From Patescibacteria group bacterium (lineage in GTDB: Bacteria; Patescibacteriota; Patescibacteriia; JAHJFT01), in the NCBI GenBank assembly GCA_028710985.1, contig JAQTTB010000001.1, forward strand, positions 88,021-152,020: a DNA stretch of 64,000 nucleotides. The letters run 5' to 3'. Of the stretch, positions 28,601 through 37,920 are shown one piece after another. The notes under the pieces were generated by a model. It saw only the letters and a list, made by a program, of their open reading frames with translations, was not told where the DNA came from and searched no databases. Numbering within the stretch: the stretch's first letter is position 1; each line of letters begins with the position of its first letter. A program made the position numbers and the translations under genes.

Positions 28601-31600
28601 CGCGCCGCCGAGCTCAATCTTCCATGACGGCCAGAGACTCGTGGAAAGCGACCGGAGATACGAGCCCGACGCCAAGGCCGGCATGCCGCCGCTCATTGCT
28701 TTATATGATTCAAAACTCGCCTCTAGCGACATGAGATCCGTAATCCTCTTAGTGTCGCGCCGCAGTTTGTCTTTATCCGCGTCGCAGGCCGAACGCGGAT
28801 TTGTCGCAAGACAGTCCAGATTACTGGTGCAGGAAATTATCTTTCCGTCCTCGCTCCGCAAAAAATCGCCGAATTCGTTGCGGCAAACGCGCGCATTATT
28901 TACATTGTCATAGTTCAATACGAAATTATTAAGCATCTGATTAAAAATGCCGACTGTCATTTCGTTCGCGCCTTCGTTGCGCGATAGTATATAAATATTA
29001 GTGAAAAGCGCCGGATCGCCGAATTTATTTGCTGCATTAATATACACGCTCGTGCCGACGCGCACTGCCGGATAACCGTCAACCTCCATTACCTCCGGTT
29101 CGCCGCCAAAGCCCTGGCTCCGATACCACTCTTCAGCCGAAAGATGGCTGGGATTCGGCATAACGCGGAGACCGATGGCGTCGCGCGCCCAAGCCGCGGC
29201 TGGATCCGAATTTTTATAAACCAAAAGATAATCTCTAAGCACCCCGGCCGGCGGAGATTCAACCCTCTTCACCTCCAGCTCGGGCAAAAGTTCGGGCGCG
29301 CTGTCGCGACAATAAGTAGTGGCGAAATGAAAATCAGTCGGATCTGCAAAAATCAGCCACGGATTTTCGCAAAGATTGACCATCGCGGTTACCGAATCGG
29401 TCACCGTCTCGCCGGCGCAGCGGCCCGGCGCAATTTCCGACTCCCCAACGCATAAATTTCGCGGGCAGTCCGAATCACGGGCGCATGCTTTTCCAAAAAA
29501 ATTATTAATTGTAACCTTAGCCTGCGCGCTCACCTGCTCTTCGCCGTTTAGTCCGGCCGGCGTCACCATCTGATCCGCGGCGTCGCTTGTTGTAACGTTG
29601 ACTATATTTTTATCAGTCGTCGTATCGTCTGGAATTGCCGAAGCCCAGCTCCATTCCCATTCGTATTGGCCGGGCGTTTCCTGAATCGCCGTAGGTGAAA
29701 GTCCGGCGCGCCGGCTCACTGCGAGCGCGGAAAAACTCCGCGCGCCATGCGGCTCTTCGAGGCTCGCCGCGTCTTTGGTGTCAAAGAAAAAATCTTCTTC
29801 CGGATCGGCGATGTAAACATAATCAAGTTTGCAAATTTCCGTGCCCGTGCCGAAATAACTGGCGTAATAATTATTCAACGCCACGCCGTCAACCGATTCA
29901 ACGGCTTCTAAAACCCTAATTTGGTACCATGTATCCGATTCTAAAGTTCCTTTATATCTATAATAAACCGATTTACCATCGGCCGAGAGCTCAACTGCGC
30001 CGTCAACGATATCTCCCTCGCAATAATTCAGCGTTTCCGGATCCGGCGTTTCCGGCGCCCGCGCCTGGGCAAATCTGCCCGTAATACCCGCGAATAAATT
30101 TTTAAAACTCTGCCATACGGCACGCCACCACGGCAGATAAGCATCGGCGCGCGTCACAAGCACGGATGTATAATTCACTTCTCCGGCATTACAATTTTGC
30201 GTTTTACCTTTTAACAAAATTATCCGGTTTTTTGTCGTCCCGCCTTGATCGTATTTTAACGAAGCGGCATTCAAAGCCTGCGAAAAATCAATTTTCACCG
30301 CGGCGTTGCGGCATTGATCGTTTGAACTGTTCGCCGGAATCACGGCCGAAACCCGCGGCATGGGATAACAACATGAATTATCCGCAAGTCCGAGCTCCGG
30401 ATCGATGGCGCGGCATTCAGCATCAGTCGTGAATCCGCAAAGAATTGTAAAATTAGCAGTTCCGGTTTTTTCCTCAGTCGCTGCGAAAATTTCCGTTGCC
30501 TGATTGCCCTGTTCATTAACTTCCCCGCGGCCAACCGCCTCGGCGACCTGAACCGGATCAGCGAGTCCGTCACCGTCCACGCTCTCGCAACCCGCCTCTT
30601 CGCCCGTCCCAACCACGCCGTCGCCGCAAAATGACGACATCGCGTATTCTCCCGATGAACCGAGCGCCAAACAATTTTTGCCGCATCCCTGCCTACCGGC
30701 AGGCAGGCTTTCGCCGCCGTCGCAATCCTCTCCCTGTTCCTTGAGGCCGTTGCCGCAGCAATTTGCGACCGTCGGATCGGAGCAGGGATAGGTACCTTCA
30801 TTCAGACACTTATCCGAACAGCCGTCGCCCGAACGCGGCCGGCATTGAGAGTCGCCGATACCCGCGCATTCAAGATTGGAACGGCACGTGGTTCTCATGT
30901 CCGCGCAAATTTTTCCGTTGTCGCAATCCTCACCGAGTTCGCGCTCCGCCGTACCGTTGCCGCAAACTGCGAGCGGTCCAGAATCCGAACCTTCGTTCAA
31001 GCATTCACTTGAGCAGCCGTCGCCGTTCCGACGGTTCATATCGTCGCAATCCTCACCGTCTCCCAAATCCCCGTTGCCGCAAACCGAACCGGCGAGCGTC
31101 GCTCCCTCATTCTGGCAGCCTTCGGAGCAGCCGTCGCCGGAAATATTATTGCCGTCATCGCATTCTTCGTGGCCCGTAATCCAGACGTTGCTCCATGGTG
31201 AAATATATGTCGGATCGTCAATATCTGCGTTTCCACAGGTGCCGCCCGACGCAACCGTCTCCACCGCTTCCCTGAGACACCGCGCCGAACAACCGTCGCC
31301 AACCAAAATATTTTTATCATCGCATTCCTCACCCATCGATATTTCGACATTGCCGTTGCCGCAAACCGCGATATTCATTCTTGAACCCAAGTGCAAACAA
31401 TTTGACTTGCCGCACCATGCCGAAACGCTTGCCGGCGCCGTATCAATCATTCCGGCCGCAAGCAACCGCCCGACATCCTCGTCTCCCGACGACCAGCCCC
31501 AGTTGTAGCCCCACGGATCCAGGCTCTGGCCCTTGGCACTGCATTCATCCGCTTCGCCATAAGGCACGGCCGAATACTGTACTCGCTCCCCCTGGCCACG

Positions 31601-34600
31601 CGTTATTCCGTTGACCGGCGCGACTTCAACACGATCAATGGCGCAAAGCTCAGGCGTATCCTTTGTCCTAAATATCCACGAAAAACTCTCGCCGTAATTT
31701 AAACCCGTCAGGCTCGTGTCGGTATAACTCTTAATTTGATCTGACAAAATTACCCGGTAATACGTTTTTTGTTTGAATACGGCATGATTCACCACAATTT
31801 CTTCCCAGGTTGACATGTCAACCGCGGACACGCCGGTTACGAGATTGCCGCCCGCGAATGAACGGCAATTTTCATTCTCGCATTCCAGAATCTGAATGTT
31901 TCCCGGAGCCATGAGCGAATCCGCGTCCATAAGTGTATTAAAACCAATGCGCACCCCGGCGTTGCGGCAAGCCTCGGTGCAGTTCGGTTCGTAGAAAATC
32001 ACCGTCGGATCAGTAAAATCGATCACCAGCTCTCCGACGCCACTCTTACCCTCCGCTTCCGCGGAGATCGAAACCGGTTCGCCGCGCGTTTCGGTGAGCG
32101 GCAAAACTTCCGCGAGCCAATCACTTATCGGATCCGGCACCGCAATCTGCGCTTTTAAAATATCACTTGCCGACCAGAGCCAGTCATAACCGCTCGGATT
32201 TAGGACAAGACAAATATCATCTGATGAAACCGCGGCCGCGGCATACGGAATCGAATCCTTGGATTTCGCAATTTTGTAATCCGGCGTAACCGCGACTTGT
32301 CCCAAAGCGCACGGCTCACTCGTCGCGCGGGTCTTCCATGAATAGCAATATGCAAAACCCTCACCGCACGCCGAACGCTCTTCCATATTTAAGTTTCCGA
32401 CACTCGCATCACCGCGAAGCGCGGTCGCGAGCTTAACCTCATAAACGCTTGATGAATCAAGCGCCGACGCGGGCAAAATCTGGAAACCCCGGTTGTCGCC
32501 AAGCGCGTTAATTTTTGACGTTTCAACATCAACCGTGGCTGAACATGGATCATCCGCGCCAGCTACGCATTTATAAAATTTAATATTTTCGGTCGTAAAC
32601 CTCGCCGTATCCATGGGCACATTAAATCGCACTGTCGGTACGGCATTGACGCAGGCCTCGCCGCTCCGCGCATCCCAGGGCGACGGCGATGCCGGCAAAT
32701 CCTCGGCCGCGCAGGATTCAATTACCTGCGGCGTAATCGGGATAATTCCGGTTGAAAAACGCCACACGAAAGACGCCTCGCGCGGGCCGACCGCGCATTC
32801 CTCATCCGCGCCGCGGCAGGTGCCGTCGGCGCAGCACTGTTGATCCGCGTCGCAGGCCGCCGGCTCGTCAAGACAGTTCTCAACCCGGAAATTTATGCCG
32901 TTTGACGGCAATCCTCCGGATGAAGTCGCGACCACCGGACCGGTCGCCGCGCCAGCGGGCACAACGGATGATATTTCAGTGTTTGACCATGCATTGATTT
33001 GCGCGTTTTTCAAATTATAAAACATTACCGAACCGGCCGAGCCGCCGAGCCGTTCGCCAAAAATAACAACCGCGGTTCCCGCCGGACCGGCGCTTGGCGA
33101 AATTCGGCAGACTCCCGGCGCGAGCGCCGCTGTCGTCACCGTGAACGCGGCCGCGTCGCTTGTTTTGGCGTCAGAACGCGTCACGCGTATTTCATGCGCG
33201 CCGGCCGATACCGCTCCGCCGTCCGCGTATGCGGCCGGCACTTTAACCGTAATGCTGTCCGCCATCCAAAAATCCGTGCCGCAGGCTTCGGGAAAATTAA
33301 AATCCCCGAGCGCTGATTGGCCCGTGGATGTATTTATAAAAGTCACTTTACCGACCGACGAACCAAAATTACTGCCGCGCAGCGTCACATACTCGCCGAT
33401 CGGACCCATAGCCGGACTCACTTCCGCGATCACCGGTTTGCCGCTGAGCCCCCGCTCGACAACTTGAAAATCTACTCCATTTGAAGAAACTCCCCCGACC
33501 GAAACGCGCACCGGATATTCACCTTCCCCCATCGGCGGAATAGTCGCGCGCACGGCTCCGGCCGCCCACGACTCAATCCGGCCGGCCGGCACTTCGCCGA
33601 CCGTTACCGCGCCTTCAGCCTCACCGAATCCCGAACCCGAAATTGAAATCGCATCGCCGGCTTCTCCCTGGTTCGGATTTATTTCACAGATGCCCGGACG
33701 CGCTATCGTATTCACGAGAAAATCCGCCACCACCGGTCCGCGGGTATTGTCCGTGGTGTCTGCTTCGCCGGCCAATGATACAACTTCAATCGGGCCGCTT
33801 GGCGCTGCCGCCGGGACAGTTATAATAATTTGATTATTTGACCAGACGCTCGTGCATGCCGCAAGCGGAGCTTCAATCTCATCCCCTTCGGCAGCGGCTC
33901 CCAAAAATCTTACTGTTCCGCGCGCAACTCCAAAATATTGACCCGCAATCGTGACAAGCGTACCGGGTGCGCCGTCCAGGGGATCAACACCTTCAATGAG
34001 CGGAAGCGCAACGCAAATTCCGCCCTCGCAATAACCGGATGAACATTCTTCGCTCATAGTGCAGGTTCCACCGGCGCAGGAACCGCAGTATTCCGCGCTC
34101 CCCGAATCCTCACCGCAATCAATGCCGGTCTCTTCGCTATCACGCACGCCATTAAAACAATGTTCAGCCCGAGCAACTACGGAAACCGATTCCGATGTTC
34201 CGCTATTGTCGTCAATATCATAGGCCCGCGCCTGAACCGAATGCCGCGAACCGAGCTCAAGGCCGGTCGTATCCCAGTCAACCTCGGCAGTAAAATTCAT
34301 GGGCGTCGGCGAAGGCGGCCCGTCGCTTGACCAAAGCGCGCCATCAACATCAAAATCCACGACCGAAACCCCGGCATCGTCCGTGGCCTCGGCCTGAAAA
34401 GTTATTATTGAATTTACCGGAATGCCCTGACCGTTATCTGGATAATTTAAAACAACATTCGGACCGGTTACGTCCACGAGATTGCCGGTTGAAAATGAAC
34501 CTTCGCATATCGCGCCGAATCCGCTGCAGCTCACATACATTCCGCCCGAACTCCGAAGTCCGGTCGCTATCGAAACGCGGTATTCAGTATCCGCGTCAAA

Positions 34601-35302
34601 GCATTTTTTACTCTGGTTCGGATCCGGGCACGCCGCGTCCGGCACAAAAATCACCTTGTTTCCCGCCGCGCTGAACGCACCTTCAACGCGCGTGCCATCT
34701 GCTGCGCGCGCGACTGTAATATTCCGCTCAATCGTTCCCGCGTCAACCGCGGCGTTGAATAAAATTCTGATCGCAACATTGCGGATTGGCACCGCGCCCT
34801 GCGGACTCATGCTTTCAACCTGAAATGTTCTTGTTACGCCGCCGGGGATTCCGCCTCCGCCCGGACCGGTCGGACCGGCACCCTCCTCAACCCCGGTTGC
34901 CCGGAGCAATGAATTCAGTACAAACTGAGAAATCGCAAAAGATGTCAGAATGATCGCAAGCCCGATCACCGCATTGGTCAAAACCTTTTTCGCGTTTCCA
35001 ACCTTTTCTTCGTCTCCGCCGGCCGTCATCCACAAAAATCCGCCATAAAGCACAAAGATCAGCGCGATAATACCGAGTAGACCAAGAGCGATGTTGATAA
35101 TTCTCGCGACAATCACGCGGATATCTCCGCCGCCGAGCTGGATCTCCTCTGCCACCGGCTCAATCCCCACGTCTACCGCCAAAACCGCATGCATGAACGA
35201 CAAAATGCTAACCGCAGTTATCAAAAAAATACCCGCCAAAACAAAACTTTTGACTTTTGACTTAGACTTTTGACTTTTGACTTTTGACTTTTGACTTTTC
35301 AT
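25685..35302 (-). CDS. Giant (3205 aa) surface protein: VirB2/TrbC-like pilin module, Ig-like and IPT/TIG domains, Myxococcus-type Cys-rich repeats, vWA-like tip
   Basis: YGGFLWMTAGGDEEKV; GTLVTIAGQYFG/GEYVTLRGSNFG repeats; CGNGxxExxExCDDGN repeats. Confidence 0.88.
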   Translation of the reverse strand: MKSQKSKVKSQKSKSKVKSFVLAGIFLITAVSILSFMHAVLAVDVGIEPVAEEIQLGGGDIRVIVARIINIALGLLGIIALIFVLYGGFLWMTAGGDEEKVGNAKKVLTNAVIGLAIILTSFAISQFVLNSLLRATGVEEGAGPTGPGGGGIPGGVTRTFQVESMSPQGAVPIRNVAIRILFNAAVDAGTIERNITVARAADGTRVEGAFSAAGNKVIFVPDAACPDPNQSKKCFDADTEYRVSIATGLRSSGGMYVSCSGFGAICEGSFSTGNLVDVTGPNVVLNYPDNGQGIPVNSIITFQAEATDDAGVSVVDFDVDGALWSSDGPPSPTPMNFTAEVDWDTTGLELGSRHSVQARAYDIDDNSGTSESVSVVARAEHCFNGVRDSEETGIDCGEDSGSAEYCGSCAGGTCTMSEECSSGYCEGGICVALPLIEGVDPLDGAPGTLVTIAGQYFGVARGTVRFLGAAAEGDEIEAPLAACTSVWSNNQIIITVPAAAPSGPIEVVSLAGEADTTDNTRGPVVADFLVNTIARPGICEINPNQGEAGDAISISGSGFGEAEGAVTVGEVPAGRIESWAAGAVRATIPPMGEGEYPVRVSVGGVSSNGVDFQVVERGLSGKPVIAEVSPAMGPIGEYVTLRGSNFGSSVGKVTFINTSTGQSALGDFNFPEACGTDFWMADSITVKVPAAYADGGAVSAGAHEIRVTRSDAKTSDAAAFTVTTAALAPGVCRISPSAGPAGTAVVIFGERLGGSAGSVMFYNLKNAQINAWSNTEISSVVPAGAATGPVVATSSGGLPSNGINFRVENCLDEPAACDADQQCCADGTCRGADEECAVGPREASFVWRFSTGIIPITPQVIESCAAEDLPASPSPWDARSGEACVNAVPTVRFNVPMDTARFTTENIKFYKCVAGADDPCSATVDVETSKINALGDNRGFQILPASALDSSSVYEVKLATALRGDASVGNLNMEERSACGEGFAYCYSWKTRATSEPCALGQVAVTPDYKIAKSKDSIPYAAAAVSSDDICLVLNPSGYDWLWSASDILKAQIAVPDPISDWLAEVLPLTETRGEPVSISAEAEGKSGVGELVIDFTDPTVIFYEPNCTEACRNAGVRIGFNTLMDADSLMAPGNIQILECENENCRSFAGGNLVTGVSAVDMSTWEEIVVNHAVFKQKTYYRVILSDQIKSYTDTSLTGLNYGESFSWIFRTKDTPELCAIDRVEVAPVNGITRGQGERVQYSAVPYGEADECSAKGQSLDPWGYNWGWSSGDEDVGRLLAAGMIDTAPASVSAWCGKSNCLHLGSRMNIAVCGNGNVEISMGEECDDKNILVGDGCSARCLREAVETVASGGTCGNADIDDPTYISPWSNVWITGHEECDDGNNISGDGCSEGCQNEGATLAGSVCGNGDLGDGEDCDDMNRRNGDGCSSECLNEGSDSGPLAVCGNGTAERELGEDCDNGKICADMRTTCRSNLECAGIGDSQCRPRSGDGCSDKCLNEGTYPCSDPTVANCCGNGLKEQGEDCDGGESLPAGRQGCGKNCLALGSSGEYAMSSFCGDGVVGTGEEAGCESVDGDGLADPVQVAEAVGRGEVNEQGNQATEIFAATEEKTGTANFTILCGFTTDAECRAIDPELGLADNSCCYPMPRVSAVIPANSSNDQCRNAAVKIDFSQALNAASLKYDQGGTTKNRIILLKGKTQNCNAGEVNYTSVLVTRADAYLPWWRAVWQSFKNLFAGITGRFAQARAPETPDPETLNYCEGDIVDGAVELSADGKSVYYRYKGTLESDTWYQIRVLEAVESVDGVALNNYYASYFGTGTEICKLDYVYIADPEEDFFFDTKDAASLEEPHGARSFSALAVSRRAGLSPTAIQETPGQYEWEWSWASAIPDDTTTDKNIVNVTTSDAADQMVTPAGLNGEEQVSAQAKVTINNFFGKACARDSDCPRNLCVGESEIAPGRCAGETVTDSVTAMVNLCENPWLIFADPTDFHFATTYCRDSAPELLPELEVKRVESPPAGVLRDYLLVYKNSDPAAAWARDAIGLRVMPNPSHLSAEEWYRSQGFGGEPEVMEVDGYPAVRVGTSVYINAANKFGDPALFTNIYILSRNEGANEMTVGIFNQMLNNFVLNYDNVNNARVCRNEFGDFLRSEDGKIISCTSNLDCLATNPRSACDADKDKLRRDTKRITDLMSLEASFESYKAMSGGMPALASGSYLRSLSTSLWPSWKIELGGALGQVLPVDPVNKFAACGEGYDSATCFDATGLRFFCPAESLVYQYRSLGAGDYELLASLEFPNYWTPESLPAHLTLNQGCANNTFANDNLCGDSVRGPDEECELGDKKFVSCTGASSRPVSCVKEGSACRWAVSGESGYGECADSLPACGNGVREGFCMGGASDGLLCQRDTDCPGAFCFMSEACDEGSNNGKYGHCSADCAGSAAYCGDAMMAGAEQCDRGVLNGQYDSGCSWDCRVPGPMCGDDILQPEEQCEGDDHQETTDGVCRYYPEMKCTTDENCPGSSAGYYWPGTLETCTFGSHHITYGDCEYRVKQSFTSCNLPCGIDPSTGYQLKYVRTCASDACKWNSWGMSCVTDGVCGNGILEGVEQCDDGNTDNTDGCIIISGRENDTAVSCRVSRCGDGYQYAGIEACDAGSANGTACTPRYGDTCTFCTDYCGFATVTGDYCGDGIKEEGIEECDEGPIACWYPTLGTSGNYHPMEGYISCDPYAADACPNVLTSITPGGFVYGEGMAPTSGLGYDEGVCQGQNISYRHVPAIAPKAPGDYGYNAEYCDSTCHIAKRESPRCGDAIIQSIPYPPVPGTEEGEAYWGLEHPLQACVSDASCPGDQVCAQSGDSTLSLGYCYRCEDPATRSRCVKVIENEGEVCDSGVNNTPDYNDMFDRYCNASCTAYAPYCGDGNQDQADGEKCDWGIANFDGKVDAVFITTMTSYSVDVKTCDTMNNVKMICPLIDYTISGFPYYDIKKTFYLANENNSFKYILYESDVAAEIEGCIDNIIPIGGKLKDFHSVELEPYGGLSSHDLCGREWASDLGNCQADGHFTGLNETPSWARAVVDVVAGHEWRTGALRLVVVIDSNTPLNGQWTNADNDAMNALKVYFKEFPQNEKPRLYLISKREESSNCSRSTSAPSNWTRLEDSIYSYGSLISFGDSWGSGAIANYYSNETEARTVLRNVFNSIFCENNCACSAPICL
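35246..35300. repeat. Heptamer tandem repeat (ACTTTTG)n in the first codons of the giant gene
   Basis: Six 7-mers plus one 6-mer, encoding MKSQKSKVKSQKSKSKVKS. Confidence 0.92.
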
Positions 35303-37105
35303 CTATCGTTGCTTTACCGGAAAACTCTGACAGGCTCCGGTTGAACGTGAATTTGACGGCTGTTCATCGCAACACCACGGTGCTCCATCCCGATCCTTGG
35401 GACAACCGGGCGTCGCGGCCGGGCTGAAACAATTTTGATAAACATCTTTAACGTCAGAAAATATTTCCGGATAATATTCGGTTTCTTCAAGGAATAAACC
35501 GTGGCGCATACTGGTCAGCGTATGATGAGGAACAAGTTCTCCTTCGGCCGCAAGACCGTCTTCAGTCAAATTCTCGGAATCAAATGAATACCAGATCGCA
35601 AACTCATCTTCCTGATTATCTCCGAGCAGAATATTGGATGAATTCAAACCCGAAAAACTCATGAGCGTATCCCAGATAATTTCAACCGGCAAATCCGGCG
35701 CTACCACGCCTTCGCCGGCTGAAGGATTTACCGACACCACCGACGGCGGTTCAATCAGCACGTTATCCGTCGTTCTGAAAGTCCAAAGATAATTGTCCGT
35801 TGATGGCCCTTCGGCCGTGCCGTTGCCGTTTCCGTCAAGAGAATTGCCCGCCATATCAACCACGCCGTTATACGGGAATATCGCGGCCGGCGCCTCATCC
35901 GACGCCATGCTTGCCGCCTTGACCGTCACGCCAATGTCCGCGTTCCCCGGCAGGCAGAATACCTCTCCACCGCATGAATTAGTGCCGCAAGACTCATCCG
36001 ATAAAAATTCCACAGTTTTGTATTCATTGGAAATGCTGAATGTGCCGAGAATAATTCCGCCGCCCTCGGCCATGAGATTGCTGAAGCGACTCGTATGGCC
36101 GGTCGCGGATGTCGGGTCCACCGGTTCGGAAAAATTAATCTGAATAACCACGTTTTTGGGATATTCCTCGCTCGCGCGCGGGAATACGCTTCTTACTTCC
36201 GGCGGCGTCAAATCCACAAAAGTGCTCACCTGAAAATTCCACTGGTAACCGTCGCTCATTGAGCCCTGAAACGCATCATCACCCTCTGCATCTTTGATAT
36301 TCGGCCCGAGCGAAACGGTATAGGAAACATTTTCACTCGCCGAACCGAGCCACTCGACGGGCTGAAAAACAAAAGTTTTCAAATCGTCCGTGAACCGCAC
36401 GCACGCGCCGGTTTCGCGAAGCGCGCTTCCCTCTCCGTCGGCCGTCCTGTATATCTTGACGTTCGCGCCGTTAAGCAAGTCACTCGCCGTGTCGTCGCTC
36501 ACATCAAGCGGCGTATCATTGTCATCGTAGCCGGAAATAAACGATTCAATGGACATTTCTTTTTTAAAAGTCACGAGTATCCTGGTATTTCGCGGAATAT
36601 CGGTCGCCCCGCGCGCCGGATAATGATAGCTGATCACGCCGTTGCCAAGCGCGCTTGAGAACTGCTCGTATGTCGCCGGCGGCCCGGACGGCCCGCCTCC
36701 GGGACCAAAAATTCCGCCCTCACCCAAGAGCGCGGAAAATACAAAATAGGTAATCGCCCAGGACATAAGAATGATTGCAAGCCCGATCGCCGCGTTGGTC
36801 AAAACCTTTTTCGCTTTTTCTACCCTTTCTTCAACTCCGCCGGCCGTCATCCATAAAAATCCTCCGTACAGCGTGAGAGACAAAGCGATCACCGCGAGCA
36901 AACCGAGAGCGACATTGATAATCCGCGCGACAATCACCCGGATATCGGTCTGCGACGCGCCGATGGCTTCGCCGACCGGCTCCAAACCCACATCAACCGC
37001 TCCGACTATCGTCGGAGTCGCGAAAATAAAAAAGAACGCAAAGCTTATTACTAAAACAAATATAAGCCTCGCGTTCTTCTCGAAATTTTGTTTTCCTTTC
37101 CGCAT
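35303..37105 (-). CDS. VirB2/TrbC-like pilin module fused to Ig-like (SbsA/Big_5-type) domains
   Basis: N-terminal module paralogous to that of the giant gene; IPRNTRILVTF, PKNVVIQINFSEPVD. Confidence 0.82.
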   Translation of the reverse strand: MRKGKQNFEKNARLIFVLVISFAFFFIFATPTIVGAVDVGLEPVGEAIGASQTDIRVIVARIINVALGLLAVIALSLTLYGGFLWMTAGGVEERVEKAKKVLTNAAIGLAIILMSWAITYFVFSALLGEGGIFGPGGGPSGPPATYEQFSSALGNGVISYHYPARGATDIPRNTRILVTFKKEMSIESFISGYDDNDTPLDVSDDTASDLLNGANVKIYRTADGEGSALRETGACVRFTDDLKTFVFQPVEWLGSASENVSYTVSLGPNIKDAEGDDAFQGSMSDGYQWNFQVSTFVDLTPPEVRSVFPRASEEYPKNVVIQINFSEPVDPTSATGHTSRFSNLMAEGGGIILGTFSISNEYKTVEFLSDESCGTNSCGGEVFCLPGNADIGVTVKAASMASDEAPAAIFPYNGVVDMAGNSLDGNGNGTAEGPSTDNYLWTFRTTDNVLIEPPSVVSVNPSAGEGVVAPDLPVEIIWDTLMSFSGLNSSNILLGDNQEDEFAIWYSFDSENLTEDGLAAEGELVPHHTLTSMRHGLFLEETEYYPEIFSDVKDVYQNCFSPAATPGCPKDRDGAPWCCDEQPSNSRSTGACQSFPVKQR

Positions 37106-37137
37106 GGGAAGAAAGGATTAATTTTTATAAAGCCTAT

Positions 37138-37596
37138 TTACTTTGCAATTTCTTCTTCGACTAGGCGTTTTACTGTTCCTCCGTCGGCCCGGCCGCCGGT
37201 CTCTTTCATCACTGCGCTCATAATACGTCCAAAGTCCGCAGCCGTTACCTCGCCGGCTTCCATAATTTTATTCTTGATAATCTTTTTGAGCTCTTCTTCT
37301 CCCATTTCTTCAGGAAGATATACCGAAAGTATATCAATTTCTTTTTGATTCTTTTCCACTAAATCATCACGGCCGCCGGCCTTAAATTCCGCCATTGCCT
37401 CTTTGAGTTGCTTAACCTGCATCTTTATTATTTTCATCACCCCGTCATCCGAAAGTGCGGCGTTGCGGTCAAGCCGCTCGGCGATTATCGCGTTTTTAAT
37501 CGCGGAATTTAAAAAACGAAGAGTAGAAAGACGCTCCTCGTTCTTTTCTTTTAACGCGGCTACCAAATCCTGATTTATTTTTTCATGGAGAGACAT
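37138..37596 (-). CDS. GatB/YqeY domain protein
   Basis: MSLHEKINQDL...GRDDLVEK...YLP...GRADG. Confidence 0.92.
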   Translation of the reverse strand: MSLHEKINQDLVAALKEKNEERLSTLRFLNSAIKNAIIAERLDRNAALSDDGVMKIIKMQVKQLKEAMAEFKAGGRDDLVEKNQKEIDILSVYLPEEMGEEELKKIIKNKIMEAGEVTAADFGRIMSAVMKETGGRADGGTVKRLVEEEIAK

Positions 37597-37612
37597 GCGC
37601 CTGAATTAAAGA

Positions 37613-37861
37613 TTAGCGATATCGGCGATACGCCTTTTCCAGTTCTTCTCTAATCTGGCCGGTCTTGATGAGATAATCTCTTTTTTTGCGCAGAGACTCG
37701 CGCCGTAGCGCGCTCGCCTTTCTTTTTGTGTAGCTCTTATTTTCCGGCCTAAATCTGACCTTCTTTGCCTGAAGAATCTTTCCGCTCTGTTGAACACGGC
37801 GCGAGAAACGCCGAACTAGCGTTTCGAAGCTTTCGCCCCGCCGCCTTTTAACTTCTGCCAC
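37613..37861 (-). CDS. rpsU: 30S ribosomal protein S21
   Basis: EVKRRRGESFETLVRRFSRRVQQSG; sits directly upstream of yqeY as is usual; GTG start. Confidence 0.85.
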   Translation of the reverse strand: MAEVKRRRGESFETLVRRFSRRVQQSGKILQAKKVRFRPENKSYTKRKASALRRESLRKKRDYLIKTGQIREELEKAYRRYR

Positions 37862-37920
37862 AAATTTTCACCTTCCTTTCACGATTATTTTAGTAATTTT
37901 AGCCCAAAAAGTCAAACGAC

